From contig NC_068995.1 in NCBI RefSeq assembly GCF_001194135.2, positions 3,903,752-3,956,686 on the forward strand: a stretch of DNA of 52,935 nt, in the 5' to 3' direction. This stretch comes from Octopus bimaculoides. Its lineage: Eukaryota. How positions within the stretch are numbered: the stretch's first letter is position 1; the number at the start of each line of letters is the position of its first letter. Both the position numbers and the translations under genes were made by a program. The notes below the pieces were generated by a model. The model searched no databases and was not told the DNA's origin. It saw nothing but the letters and a program-made list of their open reading frames with translations. Below, one piece after another: positions 1 to 13,831 of the stretch.

Positions 1-689
1 ACATATATATATATTATACATATGTATGTGTGTGTATGTGTGTGTTGAAATATTATTTTTTCTGTAACTTAAAATCTTTCCGGAATATCCCCTGGAACTT
101 CTTGTACAAATGACATTTAAAATTATCTCATTCTTTGTTCATTTGTTGATTTTTATCACTATCTCATTCTCTTTCTTTCGTGTTTCTTTATTCATGTCTG
201 TTGCTAAACGCTTCACTAAATCTTTACAAACCGTGTTAATCAAGCTTGAATATCGTACTATACTTACATAAAAATTATTTCTAAGTATGATAAAATTTCA
301 TTCTGCGCATATGTTTTGCGTTCTAATTGAGCTATGATCATTAGAATAATCGAATTAAGGATTATCATTATTATTATTTCGCCATCGCAACATTTCTATA
401 TTCTCAAAAAAATAGCAAAAAACGGTAAAACAAAAATTTAAAGTCAAACAAAAATTTAGAGGTTATTTATCATATTCTATTCAAATAAATCATGAGACAT
501 CATTCCAAGCGCGTAGTTCCATTATTATAAAGTTGAATTTCTTCCAACTGAAAATGTTTTGTCTAAACTTAAAGCCAACTCGTAGAATCGGGAAATGTTT
601 AGCAGTTCGAAGAATCAATAGCGTTTCTTTCTGGTGATAAGATCCAGTGATTCAAAGGGTTTACATTCAAACAATGGTCTTTGTCATTT

Positions 690-862
690 ATCTTTTATGG
701 TTTACTTGCTTCTTTCATTAGTCTGAGGCCATGGTGGGGAACAGCGTTGAAGGTTTTTTAGGCGAACGAATCAATAGAATAAATAAATCAACACCGTTTG
801 TTAAGCGGAGTAGTGTGGGTGGGGGACAAACACAGACACAAACACACACACACATACACACA

Positions 863-944
<82 letters not shown>

Positions 945-1145
945 AACATACACACACATACACACACACGCACACACACACACATATATATATATATATA
1001 CGATGGGCTTCAACAGTTTTTCCCACCAAATTCACACACAAGGTATTGGTCTGGTCGGGTCTCTAGTAAAGGCACTTGACCAAGGTGCCTCCCTGTGGAA
1101 ATGAACACGAAACCTTTTGATTGCTAAACAGCTTCTTGACCATAT
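690..1145 (-). mobile_element. SINE family 3 copy with internal (CA)n/(TA)n microsatellite
   Basis: Shares ggccatg.tgg, ggggacaaacacaga.aca, accaa.ttcac.ca.aa, ccaa.gtgcc and gaa...gaaacc blocks with 21510-21895. Confidence 0.65.
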
Positions 1146-2199
1146 ACGCATGTCTACGTCTATTGTCTGTAGAAATAATCTTTATTAGAATGGAAAAGAT
1201 ATACTAATTTTCTGTTGGTGTGTTTTATGGCAAAACCAAAACACTGTAACGGCCCCGGAAACCGCAACCTTTTGCATTTTGGATCTTAAAAATTTGATTA
1301 AAAGGTAAAGATATAAACGCAGGGGTGCCTGGGTGGTGAGAAGCTTGCAACCTTTCTCAAATCGAAATATGGCGAAATATTTAAAGAAGTCAACAATATT
1401 TGTGTAATAACTTAAACAATTTCGATGTGATTTGATATTTCTTTCAGCAGAAAATTGTTCAGCACTAATAGCATAGAAACAGCAGTGAGAAACCACTGAA
1501 TAATATTGCAAACATCAATTACAATTATAGAGTGATCGATAATGGTGATCGATAATGGTGTTATCGGGTATTTCACAACGTATTCGTTATTGTTGGAAGG
1601 AAAATGCAAAGTTGAGTGATAATTGCGAAAATGTGTTGGCAATGCTGGATGTTTTTGTATTAGGAGAGGAAGTAATGATGACACGTTTAATATATGCAAA
1701 TAAACACGTCACAACGTATACAAATATCTCTACACATGCAAATAGATATTGTGTACATATATATTCACACACACACACACACACACATTTGGTAAAATGT
1801 GGCACAAGATGGAGGCAAAAGAACGTAAGCAAAACAGGGTTTAACCCACAATAAACGTGAACACACTCATCATTCATCAGTTGTCGACCGAAAATAATCA
1901 TCGTTTCGACGACTTATCAATGATATTGTTCAATTTGTCAGCTTCAACAGCAGAAGGTTGCAGCGGTATAAATGAACAAAGCTTAAAAGATAAAATATGG
2001 CAAGTACAAAAAACGGGAGGACTTTAATGTGTATATATTTGTGTATATAGAGTTACATGTGTGTGTGTGTATGTATATATGTTAGCTTTATATGCTTATA
2101 CACACTGAAGATTCTCTTGCGAAAGGATTCAATGCAAGAGTAGAATTTAATATTTGTTATGTTTGTATGACTGTGAATTCAACGTTTCCTCAGACTGTA

Positions 2200-2248
2200 G
2201 CATATTCATACATAACACACACACATACGCATACACACAATCAATCGT

Positions 2249-2307
<59 letters not shown>

Positions 2308-2468
2308 AACACACATACTCTCTCTCTCTCTCTCAAACGCACGCATATATATATATATATATATATATACGTACACATATTTTCTTACATTCATAAACAT
2401 GTATATGTATAAGTATATAAATATACAAACACACACGCAGGCATACGCGTATATATATACACACACAT

Positions 2469-2523
<55 letters not shown>

Positions 2524-2627
2524 TACAAATACAAACGCAGGCTTACGCGTATATATATGTTTGCGTGTGTGTGTGCATGTGTGTGTGTATTTATATATAT
2601 GATACATGAATGATTATACACATATAT
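2200..2627. repeat. Compound (CT)n/(CA)n/(TA)n microsatellite cluster leading into an N-gap
   Basis: Read directly from the sequence. Confidence 0.9.
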
Positions 2628-4357
2628 NNNNNNNNNNNNNNNNNNNNNNNNNNNNNNNNNNNNNNNNNNNNNNNNNNNNNNNNNNNNNNNNNNNNNNNNN
2701 NNNNNNNNNNNNNNNNNNNNNNNNNNNNNNNNNNNNNNNNNNNNNNNNNNNNNNNNNNNNNNNNNNNNNNNNNNNNNNNNNNNNNNNNNNNNNNNNNNNN
2801 NNNNNNNNNNNNNNNNNNNNNNNNNNNNNNNNNNNNNNNNNNNNNNNNNNNNNNNNNNNNNNNNNNNNNNNNNNNNNNNNNNNNNNNNNNNNNNNNNNNN
2901 NNNNNNNNNNNNNNNNNNNNNNNNNNNNNNNNNNNNNNNNNNNNNNNNNNNNNNNNNNNNNNNNNNNNNNNNNNNNNNNNNNNNNNNNNNNNNNNNNNNN
3001 NNNNNNNNNNNNNNNNNNNNNNNNNNNNNNNNNNNNNNNNNNNNNNNNNNNNNNNNNNNNNNNNNNNNNNNNNNNNNNNNNNNNNNNNNNNNNNNNNNNN
3101 NNNNNNNNNNNNNNNNNNNNNNNNNNNNNNNNNNNNNNNNNNNNNNNNNNNNNNNNNNNNNNNNNNNNNNNNNNNNNNNNNNNNNNNNNNNNNNNNNNNN
3201 NNNNNNNNNNNNNNNNNNNNNNNNNNNNNNNNNNNNNNATATATATATATAGAATAGTGATACTCTCCATGTATCACATATACTTATTATTAATGTTGTA
3301 ATGTATATTTTAAAAGACTGATCTTATGTCAGCTTCCATTTTTATTGTTAAGACGTAACCTGACAACGTTATAGAGAATATATCTTGTGTCGTTTGCATG
3401 ATTTATCATATGTATGTGTGTGTCTATGCGTTTGTATGTATACGTATCTATACACATACGCGCGTACTCACGCACACGCATATGTTTATATATAAGCATA
3501 TACACAGAGAGAGACAAAAAGAAAGAGATTAATTAGGGACACCGGTGTTAGCGTGTGGATAAGTAATTAGATTTGTATCGACGTGGTTACGTGTTCACTT
3601 TCGCCACAAGGCACCTGAAGAGAGTGTCACCTGCCGCTAATTTTTCCATCGGTGTGTTTGATGCCTGTTGACAAAATTGAACTTGTAATGATTTTGCCGA
3701 AATCTGACCATGCTGAGTAACAGTCGACTAAAGTGTGGTGAAGTGGAATTGAAACCATGTTACCGCACTTTAGAAGTGACTTTCTAAACCATATAGCTAT
3801 ACTTGCATTTCTGTGACTCTAATGGTATCGGGTCTCACAAAAGTCAAACGAATTTACTATTTTGAATTGATCCATAAGGAAATATCAGTAAAAGGTCGAT
3901 ACTCGCACTGTGTGTAGCAGGTTCTGAAATTATTTACATATTCATTCTTAATACGTTCTGCAAGATCCGAAAGAAAATATGCTAATCTCTATTGTGCACA
4001 ATTTCTTCATTTTACGGCGACGATGTGTTCTTAATACATTCGGTTTATTGGTGCAATGAATTCCGGAACACCAGTGTTTCTGCATGTGGCTCGTCAGTCA
4101 GAAAACCTGGACCTTTGAAACTAAACAAGTCACTGGCTTTGTTTCTAATTTCAGCGAACAAAGCTGTTTGGCCATCAATGCTATCTGCTAACCAATAAAG
4201 AAAATCGCTATTTGCATTGTGTACAAACGAGATCCGAAAACGGTTATTCGCACATTTATTTCTAATGCATTCTATTGTCTATTTTTGCATTTTCGCAGGT
4301 AATTTTTATTCAGTCATAATTACGTCCTCTCTTTCTCTCTCTTGTTTTTAATTTCAG

Positions 4358-4675
4358 GATGAAAATAACTCGAATTTCTCGCCGGATATTACACCGATTG
4401 TCTTAGCAGCACAATGCAATAACTTTGATATTGTGCACATGTTGCTTCGCAAAGGTTTCTCCATTGACATGCCGCACCATTATTTCTGCCTCTGCACCGA
4501 GTGTGACAATCACAAGAGATTCGACCGCTTTGTTCACTCACGCTCACGTCTGAATGCCTACCGAGGTTTGGCCAGCACCGCTTACATGGCACTCTCCAGC
4601 GACGACCCGGTTCTAACTGCTTTCGAACTGAGCGAACAGTTAAAGGGTTTAGAAGAGAAGGAAAAAGAGCATAAG
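4358..4675 (+). CDS. TRPC: TRPC channel internal exon A (last ankyrin repeat + TRP_2/zinc-binding domain), phase 0-0, 106 codons
   Basis: Acceptor tttaatttcag|GAT, donor AAG|gtaagg. Translates DENNSNFSPDITPIVLAAQCNNFDIVHMLLRKGFSIDMPHHYFCLCTECDNHKRFDRFVHSRSRLNAYRGLASTAYMALSSDDPVLTAFELSEQLKGLEEKEKEHK. The ITPI.LAA, PH.YFC.C..C, HSRSR.NAY.GLAS and DP.LTA.ELS motifs are characteristic of TRPC3/6/7-type channels. Confidence 0.95.
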
Positions 4676-4831
4676 GTAAGGTGGTGATGTTCTCTGTGAT
4701 AAATATATCCACGGAATCTTGAATTAAATTCAACCAGTATGAAGAGTTAAAGGGTTTAGAAATGAAACGAGTATGAGATTGGTGTCTTCACGATGAAATA
4801 TATTAATTGAAGCCTTATATTGAATTTGTGA

Positions 4832-5100
4832 AGGCCTGGATCAAGTGGTTAGGGTGTTGTAATCGGGATTTCTATTCGTAGGCGGGAGGTATGTTGTGCT
4901 CTTGAGCAAAACACTTAATTTCACTTTCTTCCAGTTCATTCCGCTGTAAATGGGTCACTCCGCGACAGACTGGTTGTCCCATTCAGGCGGAATTGTTGTC
5001 CTACCAGGTGTCATCATTAGAAGGCTAAACGAAGCGAAAAAACGCATTGTGACAAGCGGGTATAACCATATTCGATAGTTTGATCCATACAGTGGTATTG
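4832..5100 (+). mobile_element. tRNA-derived SINE family 2 (CORE-like central domain)
   Basis: aagtggttagggtgttg head, then gtgctcttgagcaaaacacttaatttcac..ccagttcattccgctgtaaatgggt, tail gcattgtgacaagcg. Confidence 0.65.
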
Positions 5101-5189
5101 CATTGAACCAGTGTATTCAAGAATAATTAAAAGAGTTGAAAAGAGCACGAATCAGGTTGATTTTTATAATTCCTTCTAACTTTCGCAGA

Positions 5190-5335
5190 CGATCAGCAAT
5201 TTTAAGGGGAGAGTTCCTCGATTACATCGAATCCAGTGCTCAACTGGTGCGTATTTCATTGACCCCTGAAAGATGAAAGGCAAAGCCAACCTCAGTGGAA
5301 TTTGAATTCAGATTCTGCTAGCTCACCGCCTTAAG
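5190..5335 (-). mobile_element. SINE family 1 copy (internally deleted)
   Basis: gattacatcgaatccagt..gaaagatgaaaggcaaagccaacctcagtggaatttgaattcag..ctgctagctcaccgcc is the reverse complement of the family consensus. Confidence 0.7.
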
Positions 5336-6317
5336 GTGGTTTTAATCATAGTTTTGTTACTGATGTCTCGTAAAATTTAACTAATATATCTGTTTCAATT
5401 AAATGATTAAATATTACTTGATATCTCTTCTCCATTATATAACCATTAAAAAAAAATATATGAAGTGACTTTAAAAAATGACATTGTTTAACAAGAAAAA
5501 CATTATAATAAAAAATTTGTTTCTCAGACCAGAATAACAGGTAACTGCATTCCATGTGTACGGGTCACTGAGGTTAAACGTTAAAAGGGAGACAAAAACG
5601 TTCGATTTTCACCCCAAACAATCTAATTCTTTACTTGCATCCTGGCTCTTTGTCACAGAAAATACAATGAGAATTTATTTTAGAGAAATTGATAATGTTA
5701 TACTTGATCCAAATGGTGACTCCTTAGAAAATTTACTACGGGTTTAGAAATTCTTAGTATATTCCAACTTATATAAGCAAATTTATCAGTAACTACTCCG
5801 GCAAAAGCTGTACTATGTTAATCAAAACCAAATAAATAAACGTAAGAAGTCTAAGATGTGTATAATTGAATAATGTTTGTCTATTTTTGAATATTAAAAT
5901 ACTAATTGCATCATTAGTCTAAAGAAAACAATATTCCTCATTGTGTTTGATTATAGCGACACGCAATTCCTCATTACAAAAGTTCGAGAGAATATTGGAA
6001 TGATACAAATAAACGAGTTAATTGTAGATGATTAATGTTATCAAAAACTGTTGAAGACAATAAAATTATATTTATTACAAACATTAAGATTTCCTTTTAT
6101 TCGAAAAAGTATATATATATAATATAAAACAGGACATTCTATATCGAAAGATTAATATTTAAGGAGTTAATATATTGTTATTGAATTGAGAATAAAGAAC
6201 TTTTATTTGCCTTTTTTATCATAATTATTTTGGAAATATTTTCTCTCGCCTCATAAACACTGAACTGATTGTTTTTTGATGAAGTTCCAGTCGCTAAATT
6301 ATATTTCTTTATTTCAG

Positions 6318-6476
6318 AGTGAGTATAAATCTTTGTGTGAACACTGCAAGAATTATGCAGTCGAATTACTGGAGCTTTGTCGTACAAATGAGGAAGTGAT
6401 GGCAGCTTTACATGGAGGGTCAGATATTCATGATTTGTCCAGAGTTCGTATGGCGATTAAATATGAACAGAAAAAG
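6318..6476 (+). CDS. TRPC: TRPC exon B (helical linker), phase 0-0, 53 codons
   Basis: Acceptor tttatttcag|AGT, donor AAG|gtaagt. SEYKSLCEHCKNYAVELLELCRTNEEVMAALHGGSDIHDLSRVRMAIKYEQKK matches the TRPC L..CR..EEV and LSR...AIKYE.KK motifs; in frame with exon A. Confidence 0.95.
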
Positions 6477-6807
6477 GTAAGTTTTTTTAAAAATAGTTTT
6501 GGAGCAACAGCACTAAGAAACTAGTCGTCCAAAATTGCCGCTCTGTTATTATGGAAGTGTATGAGAGTAAAACATAGATTAACCATACTAGGCAGAGAGT
6601 ATACAAGAGTAACAAGAGTTATATAGGGGTCGTAGTTGTTGAAGAAGACCATGAATCTGCCTATGTACGCTAAGGAAGATTATTTTGAGTGAGGCTATTT
6701 GTTACCCATGCTTGCAACCCTCCCCTCCCCATAACAGAAGAAAGGCCACCAAAGTTGACAGGTGAAGCATGAAATCACTGCCATCGTAGACATTATCGTC
6801 AGAATGC

Positions 6808-6898
<91 letters not shown>

Positions 6899-6912
6899 TA
6901 ATAATAATAATA
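6808..6912. repeat. (AAT)n trinucleotide microsatellite with two GAT interruptions
   Basis: Read directly from the sequence. Confidence 0.95.
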
Positions 6913-8289
6913 TTACAAGCTATCTTCGTCTTTTACAGTTCCACCACTTCATCGCCGTGGGGTCTTTGTATTTTCTTTTGACCCAGAAAAATTAATAGTA
7001 AAGTTAACCTCGGCCTGTTTTGAATTCAAAACTGCAGAATCATTCTCCATTTATACTATATCTATTTTGCCATAATACCTCATATTATAGAATAAATTAA
7101 ACTACGTTGCCTTTGTTGATGCAGCGCTCTATTTTCACTCTTCTATAAACACACGTATGTTGATAATATCACTGCTGTTAAAAGAAATGAAAGCGGCAAG
7201 CTGGCAGAATCGTTAGCAAACTAAAACCATTAGACTGCAAGAGAACGTCTCATCTACATGGCTAAGTCCGCCCCATGTATTGGAATTTCGACATTGCTAA
7301 TATAGCTTTAGTAATATTAACGCAATGTAATTATATGTCATAATATCTCACAAAGAACGAAAATATCATACAATACTATTGCAAGAGGTTGATTAGGTAA
7401 ACTTAAATTTTGTACTATGGATTAACAAGCATGTAAGGAATCTACATTTATTTAAAACTACAAATATATCTCCTATAAACTCTTAAATCTTTAGCCTATA
7501 TTTTAAAATAGTTGAAGAGATTTTTTCGTAACAACCTCCTGATCTCACTAAGATTAGATTTGTCTATAGTTAGGAAGTTACATTTTTATAGTTTCTAAAA
7601 CAAAAGATTTAACAACAGAAGCATAATTTGCATAGCAGAAACAATCTGAAATATATTTTCAGATATTTAAATTATCTACTAACGATAAATAATTACATTT
7701 TCTAAAATTTTTATAAATAAATATATCTAACAGATTAAGAATTAAGATAATAAAATAATAAAAATGTTTTTTTTTAAACAAAATTATCAAATATGAAAAT
7801 ATCGAATATAAAGATATAAAATATAAACTACAAAAGTGTAAAACAAAATGTAGAACACTTTTAGAAATAATTTCAATAATGAAACTAACAATATGTTTTA
7901 TGAAATGTTAGAGTCTTATTGAGATTGGCGAAAAGAAAAAAAATTAGGATAAAAATTCTAATGTTTATTGAGATTTTCTAAGATAATATGAAACATTTTA
8001 AATAGAATACAAAAAAAAAATGCAATAAAAAGCCAAGAAGACTCATAAAAACACTCGAACATTTATTATATAAATAGCTTTAAAAAAAATCTGGGAACAA
8101 TATTTTAAAGTTTCTAAAAATATGAAACTGAATTAAGCAATGAATAAACACACACATACACTCACATGTGTAAATATAGTCACGCCCAGAAGAGACTGGT
8201 AATCACTTACACACGCGCGAACTCCAAACGTAAACTTACAATCGCTGACTTAGTCATATGTCTATATGTATGTATGTATATGGAAAGAA

Positions 8290-8327
8290 AGATAAATAGA
8301 CAGACAGACAGCTAGATATATAGATAG

Positions 8328-8358
<31 letters not shown>

Positions 8359-8405
8359 GATAGATGCATAGACAGACAGACAGACAGATAGATGGATAGA
8401 TAGAG

Positions 8406-8469
<64 letters not shown>

Positions 8470-8475
8470 TGATAG
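8290..8475. repeat. (AGAT)n/(AGAC)n compound microsatellite
   Basis: Read directly from the sequence. Confidence 0.9.
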
Positions 8476-8804
8476 AATAAGTACCATGCTTACAAAAACG
8501 AAAAAGTATNNNNNNNNNNNNNNNNNNNNNNNNNNNNNNNNNNNNNNNNNNNNNNNNNNNNNNNNNNNNNNNNNNNNNNNNNNNNNNNNNNNNNNNNNNN
8601 NNNNNNNNNNNNNNNNNNNNNNNNNNNNNNNNNNNNNNNNNNNNNNNNNNNNNNNNNNNNNNNNNNNNNNNNNNNNNNNNNNNNNNNNNNNNNNNNNNNN
8701 NNNNNNNNNNNNNNNNNNNNNNNNNNNNNNNNNNNNNNNNNNNNNNNNNNNNNNNNNNNNNNNNNNNNNNNNNNNNNNNNNNNNNNNNNNNNNNNNNNNN
8801 NNNN

Positions 8805-9140
8805 TCCAAGAGCTCAATTGGCTCTTGTTTTATCGACCTCGAACGGATGAAAGACAAAGTTGACCTCGGCAGAATTTGAACTCAAAACGAAAGAACGGAC
8901 GAAATACCGCAAAGCATCTTTCCCGGGCCGTAACGAATGAGTCAGTCTCGCCGCGTTGCCGGATTTAAGCATTGGTTTTAAATTTTAGCACAATGCCACT
9001 AATTTCGGTTCTTATTTTATCGACCCTGAAAGGAAGAAATGCAATGTCGACTTCACCAGAATTTGAACAAGAACGTAAAGACAAACGAAATGCCGCGAAA
9101 CAATTTTCCCTGGCTTGCTAAAGATTCTGCCGACTCACCA
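8805..9140 (-). mobile_element. Two tandem SINE family 1 copies
   Basis: tttatcgacc..gaa.ggatgaaa..caaagt.gac.tc..cagaatttgaac occurs at about 8829 and about 9017. Confidence 0.75.
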
Positions 9141-10669
9141 CCAGCTTTACCGCACTACAGGCAGCCATCAATTAGATGAGAACTAATATTGCGACAGTTA
9201 TCATTTTAACGACTCTATTAATGTGGACGGCTTATCGTTCGTTAATTGAGTTTTGAATAGATATAATTCAATTATGAATTATAATTTAGGTATGTTACAT
9301 AACAAATTTTCCAAGTATAACTGTGTGCGCACGCGAGTTGGTGTGCGTATGTATGAATTTAAATTTATTTTTCGAAGTTTTCACCAATGGAGAAAAACCG
9401 TTTCGTTTCCTAACCAAGAAACACATTCATAGGAATACAAATAAGAAGTTAGTAATCTTGTATGTATATTTGTAAGAATGCATACACACATATACACATA
9501 AATATATACATACATACACAAATACGTACATACATACACAAATACGTACGTACATACATATATGTGTATGTATGTATTTATATANNNNNNNNNNNNNNNN
9601 NNNNNNNNNNNNNNNNNNNNNNNNNNNNNNNNNNNNNNNNNNNNNNNNNNNNNNNNNNNNNNNNNNNNNNNNNNNNNNNNNNNNNNNNNNNNNNNNNNNN
9701 NNNNNNNNNNNNNNNNNNNNNNNNNNNNNNNNNNNNNNNNNNNNNNNNNNNNNNNNNNNNNNNNNNNNNNNNNNNNNNNNNNNNNNNNNNNNNNNNNNNN
9801 NNNNNNNNNNNNNNNNNNNNNNNNNNNNNNNNNNNNNNNNNNNNNNNNNNNNNNNNNNNNNNNNNNNNNNNNNNNNNNNNNNNNNNNNNNNNNNNNNNNN
9901 NNNNNNNNNNNNNNNNNNNNNNNNNNNNNNNNNNNNNNNNNNNNNNNNNNNNNNNNNNNNNNNNNNNNNNNNNNNNNNNNNNNNNNNNNNNNNNNNNNNN
10001 NNNNNNNNNNNNNNNNNNNNNNNNNNNNNNNNNNNNNNNNNNNNNNNNNNNNNNNNNNNNNNNNNNNNNNNNNNNNNNNNNNNNNNNNNNNNNNNNNNNN
10101 NNNNNNNNNNNNNNNNNNNNNNNNNNNNNNNNNNNNNNNNNNNNNNNNNNNNNNNNNNNNNNNNNNNNNNNNNNNNNNNNNNNNNNNNNNNNCAAAAATA
10201 TCAATACAACGTCAGTGTTATTTCTGAAGTTAAGGTTTCTGTTTGTTATGTTTACACATTTGAATTTTATGAATTTCCTACAGGGTTACTGTGTCTGAGT
10301 CAATAAATAGCTTTCCTTGACTGATTCAAATAATCTTAATAAAAAAACGAAAACGTACAATAAATACATAATCGTAAAAATGAAGAGCCATCTGAAAGAA
10401 TTAGATTTAAATATATTATATAGAAACCTGGCAATTACACTTCTCATGTAACGTGTCTATAGAATTTCATGCAAGATACCTTATATCGAACTTAACTTCA
10501 AATCAAATTGGAAGCTTTATGTGTGAAAATGTGTCGGATCTTCGTCGTGCGATTATGGTGATTCAGTTAAGTCAACTCCAATACTTGTTTCGGAATTAAT
10601 GTGTAAGCGGTTGAGCATCCCACAGATACGTGTATTCTTAAAATACTTTATAGGCTTCATCAGGTGGTG

Positions 10670-10865
10670 AGCTGGCAGAATTGTTAGCACGCCGGATGAG
10701 ATGCTTAGCGGTATTTCATCCATTTATCACTTTCGGCCGACATCGAGGTTGACTTATATACTTTCGCATACAATAAAATAAGTATTAGTTGAACACTGGG
10801 ATCGATGTATTCCGCTTTGTCCCTCCACTGAACTTGCTGGCCTTGTGCCAAAACTCTGAGACCAA
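10670..10865 (+). mobile_element. tRNA-derived SINE family 1 copy
   Basis: Head ggtgagctggcagaattgttagcacgccgg (A-box-like), body gaggttgactt..ataaaataagta, tail ggccttgtgccaaa. The same family recurs more than 8 times in the window. Confidence 0.75.
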
Positions 10866-12467
10866 TTCACAGGTAGCATCAGTGTGATACTCACTAATCA
10901 GTGTGTGTATTGTGAGGGAGAGAGAGAGAGGGAAGTGGACGCTAGTCTTTTTGGATTACAGGTACAATCTCCTGACAAACGTCTATCGAAATTCCGTCTC
11001 CCAGACTTCGTTCACATCTGAAATTATAGAAAAATGTAATTGTCGCAGATGCAGCGCAGTCAGATCGATCTTCGGGACTTCCTCGTTGCAAAATAAACTT
11101 CTTTACCATTCGACCATACTGTAGAAATACTTACGTTGTTAATAACAGAAAAAAAGCGGAAAAAACGAAAGAAAGAGAAAGCAGATAACATGAAACTATA
11201 TTGGAACTGACAATAATTTCCAAGAAATTTCGTGTTGAATATTTAAATATCACATCACAGAAATAGAAAACTAGTCAGGTTAGTTCTAGAACTTGTAATA
11301 TAGTATTCAGAAAGATGAAGGATAGCTCCATATAGTCAATCATTGTCACAGTAAGGATAGAAAAAAAAAAAGAAAAAAAACAGCTGAAATACGCCATGTT
11401 ATGTTTCATTGTAAACTTTACCATTTGTTTCTGCTTCTGTATACAATATAAGTCATAAATGTCTCTCATATCTTTTATATTTTGAATTTAATTATATTTA
11501 TATAGGCCTATGGGGTTTCTGTTGAAGCACAAACTGCAAATTTAATTATCTTTGAATGTTTCTGGAAATTCTATATTATGGAAGGCATTGTTGATTATTT
11601 CGAAAACTAAAAAGAAACTTAATTTATGGCATTCGGTACGAAGTATACAATGACGCAACAGTAGCTCTGTATTACTGCAAAACTTAAGGAACATAAATTA
11701 TGAAGTGCACGTAGACAAGCGACAATCAAAACAATCCTGAGCGTATTCATTCTTAATACTTTCTGTCAGATTCGAATCCGAAATACAGCAGCGATTAACA
11801 TATACTCGTCCAAATCTACGGGAACGGATTAACAATAAATATGTACACTATCGTTATAAAGATAAAACAGACTTCTTATTTATGAAACTGGATCCATCTT
11901 TAACCGTCTGATTTGCGTCACAGTGTGTATATGTATGTATACATGTACGTATGTATGTATGTATGTATGTATGTATGTATGTATGTATGTACAGCTTTAA
12001 AAGGAAACAAATTATATTTTGTTATTCTAAAAAGATAATCACTTTTGCATTTCTATCACTTAAATATATTTCATCTTATTTTATGAATAATTCCAGGTTT
12101 TTGGATCACTTGGAGAGACTATTCTTTGCTTTTGTCTTCAATTATAACGAAAATAAATTTACTGTATTTGATAGCATGAAAGACGCACGGAAGAGTTAGA
12201 CGCACCCCAATGTCAGTAGCGCATATTCAGAACAAAAAGCGTGATGTACAAAATTAGCTTATGGGTGGCCCAATCTCTCATATAGGACCCAGGGTCTTTC
12301 TGAGGAAAGTTTTTGAAAGAAGTGCGTCACATATTCTGTCAAATACAGTAGATTTAAACTTAAACTGTAACTAAAATATTTCTTAATAAATTCATTCATA
12401 TTACCTTGTCATTGTGTTTATTATGTTTCATTTCTCTAAAATACCCTTTTGTTATGTTTCTAACCAG

Positions 12468-12632
12468 TTTATCGCCCATGCCAGCTGTCAGGAACATCTA
12501 ATGAGTATTTGGTATGCAGGTGTCCCTTGGTTCCAACATCAGTCTTTTATGGTAAAATTATTCATTGTTCCACTCGGTATTCTCTTCATACCTGTCACAG
12601 CAATCATCTACGTGTTTTTACCCTATTCTAAG
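12468..12632 (+). CDS. TRPC: TRPC exon C (pre-S1 elbow), phase 0-0, 55 codons
   Basis: Acceptor gtttctaaccag|TTT, donor AAG|gtaaga. [55 protein letters not shown] continues the KKF.AH..CQ..L..IWY motif across the B/C junction. Confidence 0.95.
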
Positions 12633-12651
12633 GTAAGAACAAGTATATACG

Positions 12652-12652
<1 letters not shown>

Positions 12653-12717
<65 letters not shown>

Positions 12718-12730
12718 CCTACCTACCTAC

Positions 12731-12829
<99 letters not shown>

Positions 12830-12860
12830 CCTATCTATCAATTTATCTATCTATCTATAT
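12653..12860. repeat. (ATCT)n/(ACCT)n microsatellite starting ~20 nt after the exon C donor
   Basis: Read directly from the sequence. Confidence 0.95.
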
Positions 12861-13507
12861 TTATATTTCGCTCTTTTATTGTTTGTAAGCTTCTTGCTCT
12901 GAATCCTTGTGTTGACGTAAGACTTGTAATGTCTTGGAAGGGTCAACAATAAAGAAGTGACATTGAACCAGTGTGTGTGTTATTATTATTGGCGTAATGA
13001 CTCCCCCCCCCAAAGACACAAGAATAACTATATATGAATTTATTCTTATTATTTGAATGGTATTTGTATATAAAGCATTCTTTATATAATATAGGCAGAT
13101 GAAAATAGCTAAACCATGTTTAGAATAATATAAATATATCTTATTTGAAGTTACAGCCAGCCCTTTCATAAATGCATTTAATCACATCCAGTTCTCTACT
13201 CCCAAATATTGTACGAGTGATTTAGTATTTAAAACTTTTCATTAACGATCATTATACTCCTATAAATCACACGATATTGTTTTCTGACATCATTAAACGT
13301 AATTAAATATTCTTTAATGATTTCTTACTCGGTTTTATGTCGCTGTCACATATTTCATATTTCCATTATTTCTTTTTGGATGTTTTTTAGTATGTAATCT
13401 CTCATCATCAAGAATTGATAAGATATATACATATGTGCGTGTGTGCGTGTGTGTATGTGTAATGTGTACGTGTTTGAGTATATGTGAATATTTGTGCACG
13501 TTCGCGT

Positions 13508-13571
13508 CTCTATCTATCTATCTGTCTGTCTATCACCTATCTATCTATCTATCTATCTATCTATCTCTCTG

Positions 13572-13614
<43 letters not shown>

Positions 13615-13689
13615 GTCTGTCAGTCTGTCTGCCTGTCTGTATGCCAGTCAGTCCGTTTGTCTATCTCTCTATCTGTCTGTTTGTTTATG

Positions 13690-13723
<34 letters not shown>

Positions 13724-13737
13724 TGTATGTATGTATG

Positions 13738-13768
<31 letters not shown>

Positions 13769-13830
13769 ATATCTATCTATCTATTTATCTGTCTATCTAT
13801 ATACACATCCACCTACGCACACACACACAC
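13508..13830. repeat. (ATCT)n/(GTCT)n/(ATGT)n compound microsatellite
   Basis: Read directly from the sequence. Confidence 0.9.
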
Positions 13831-13831
13831 A

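Noticed and set aside
1533-1565. 13-bp tandem GTGATCGATAATG x2.5, and a ~42-nt spaced repeat aatatcgt..ccatacaag near 50566/50609
   Set aside because: Short local slippage duplications with no supporting context.
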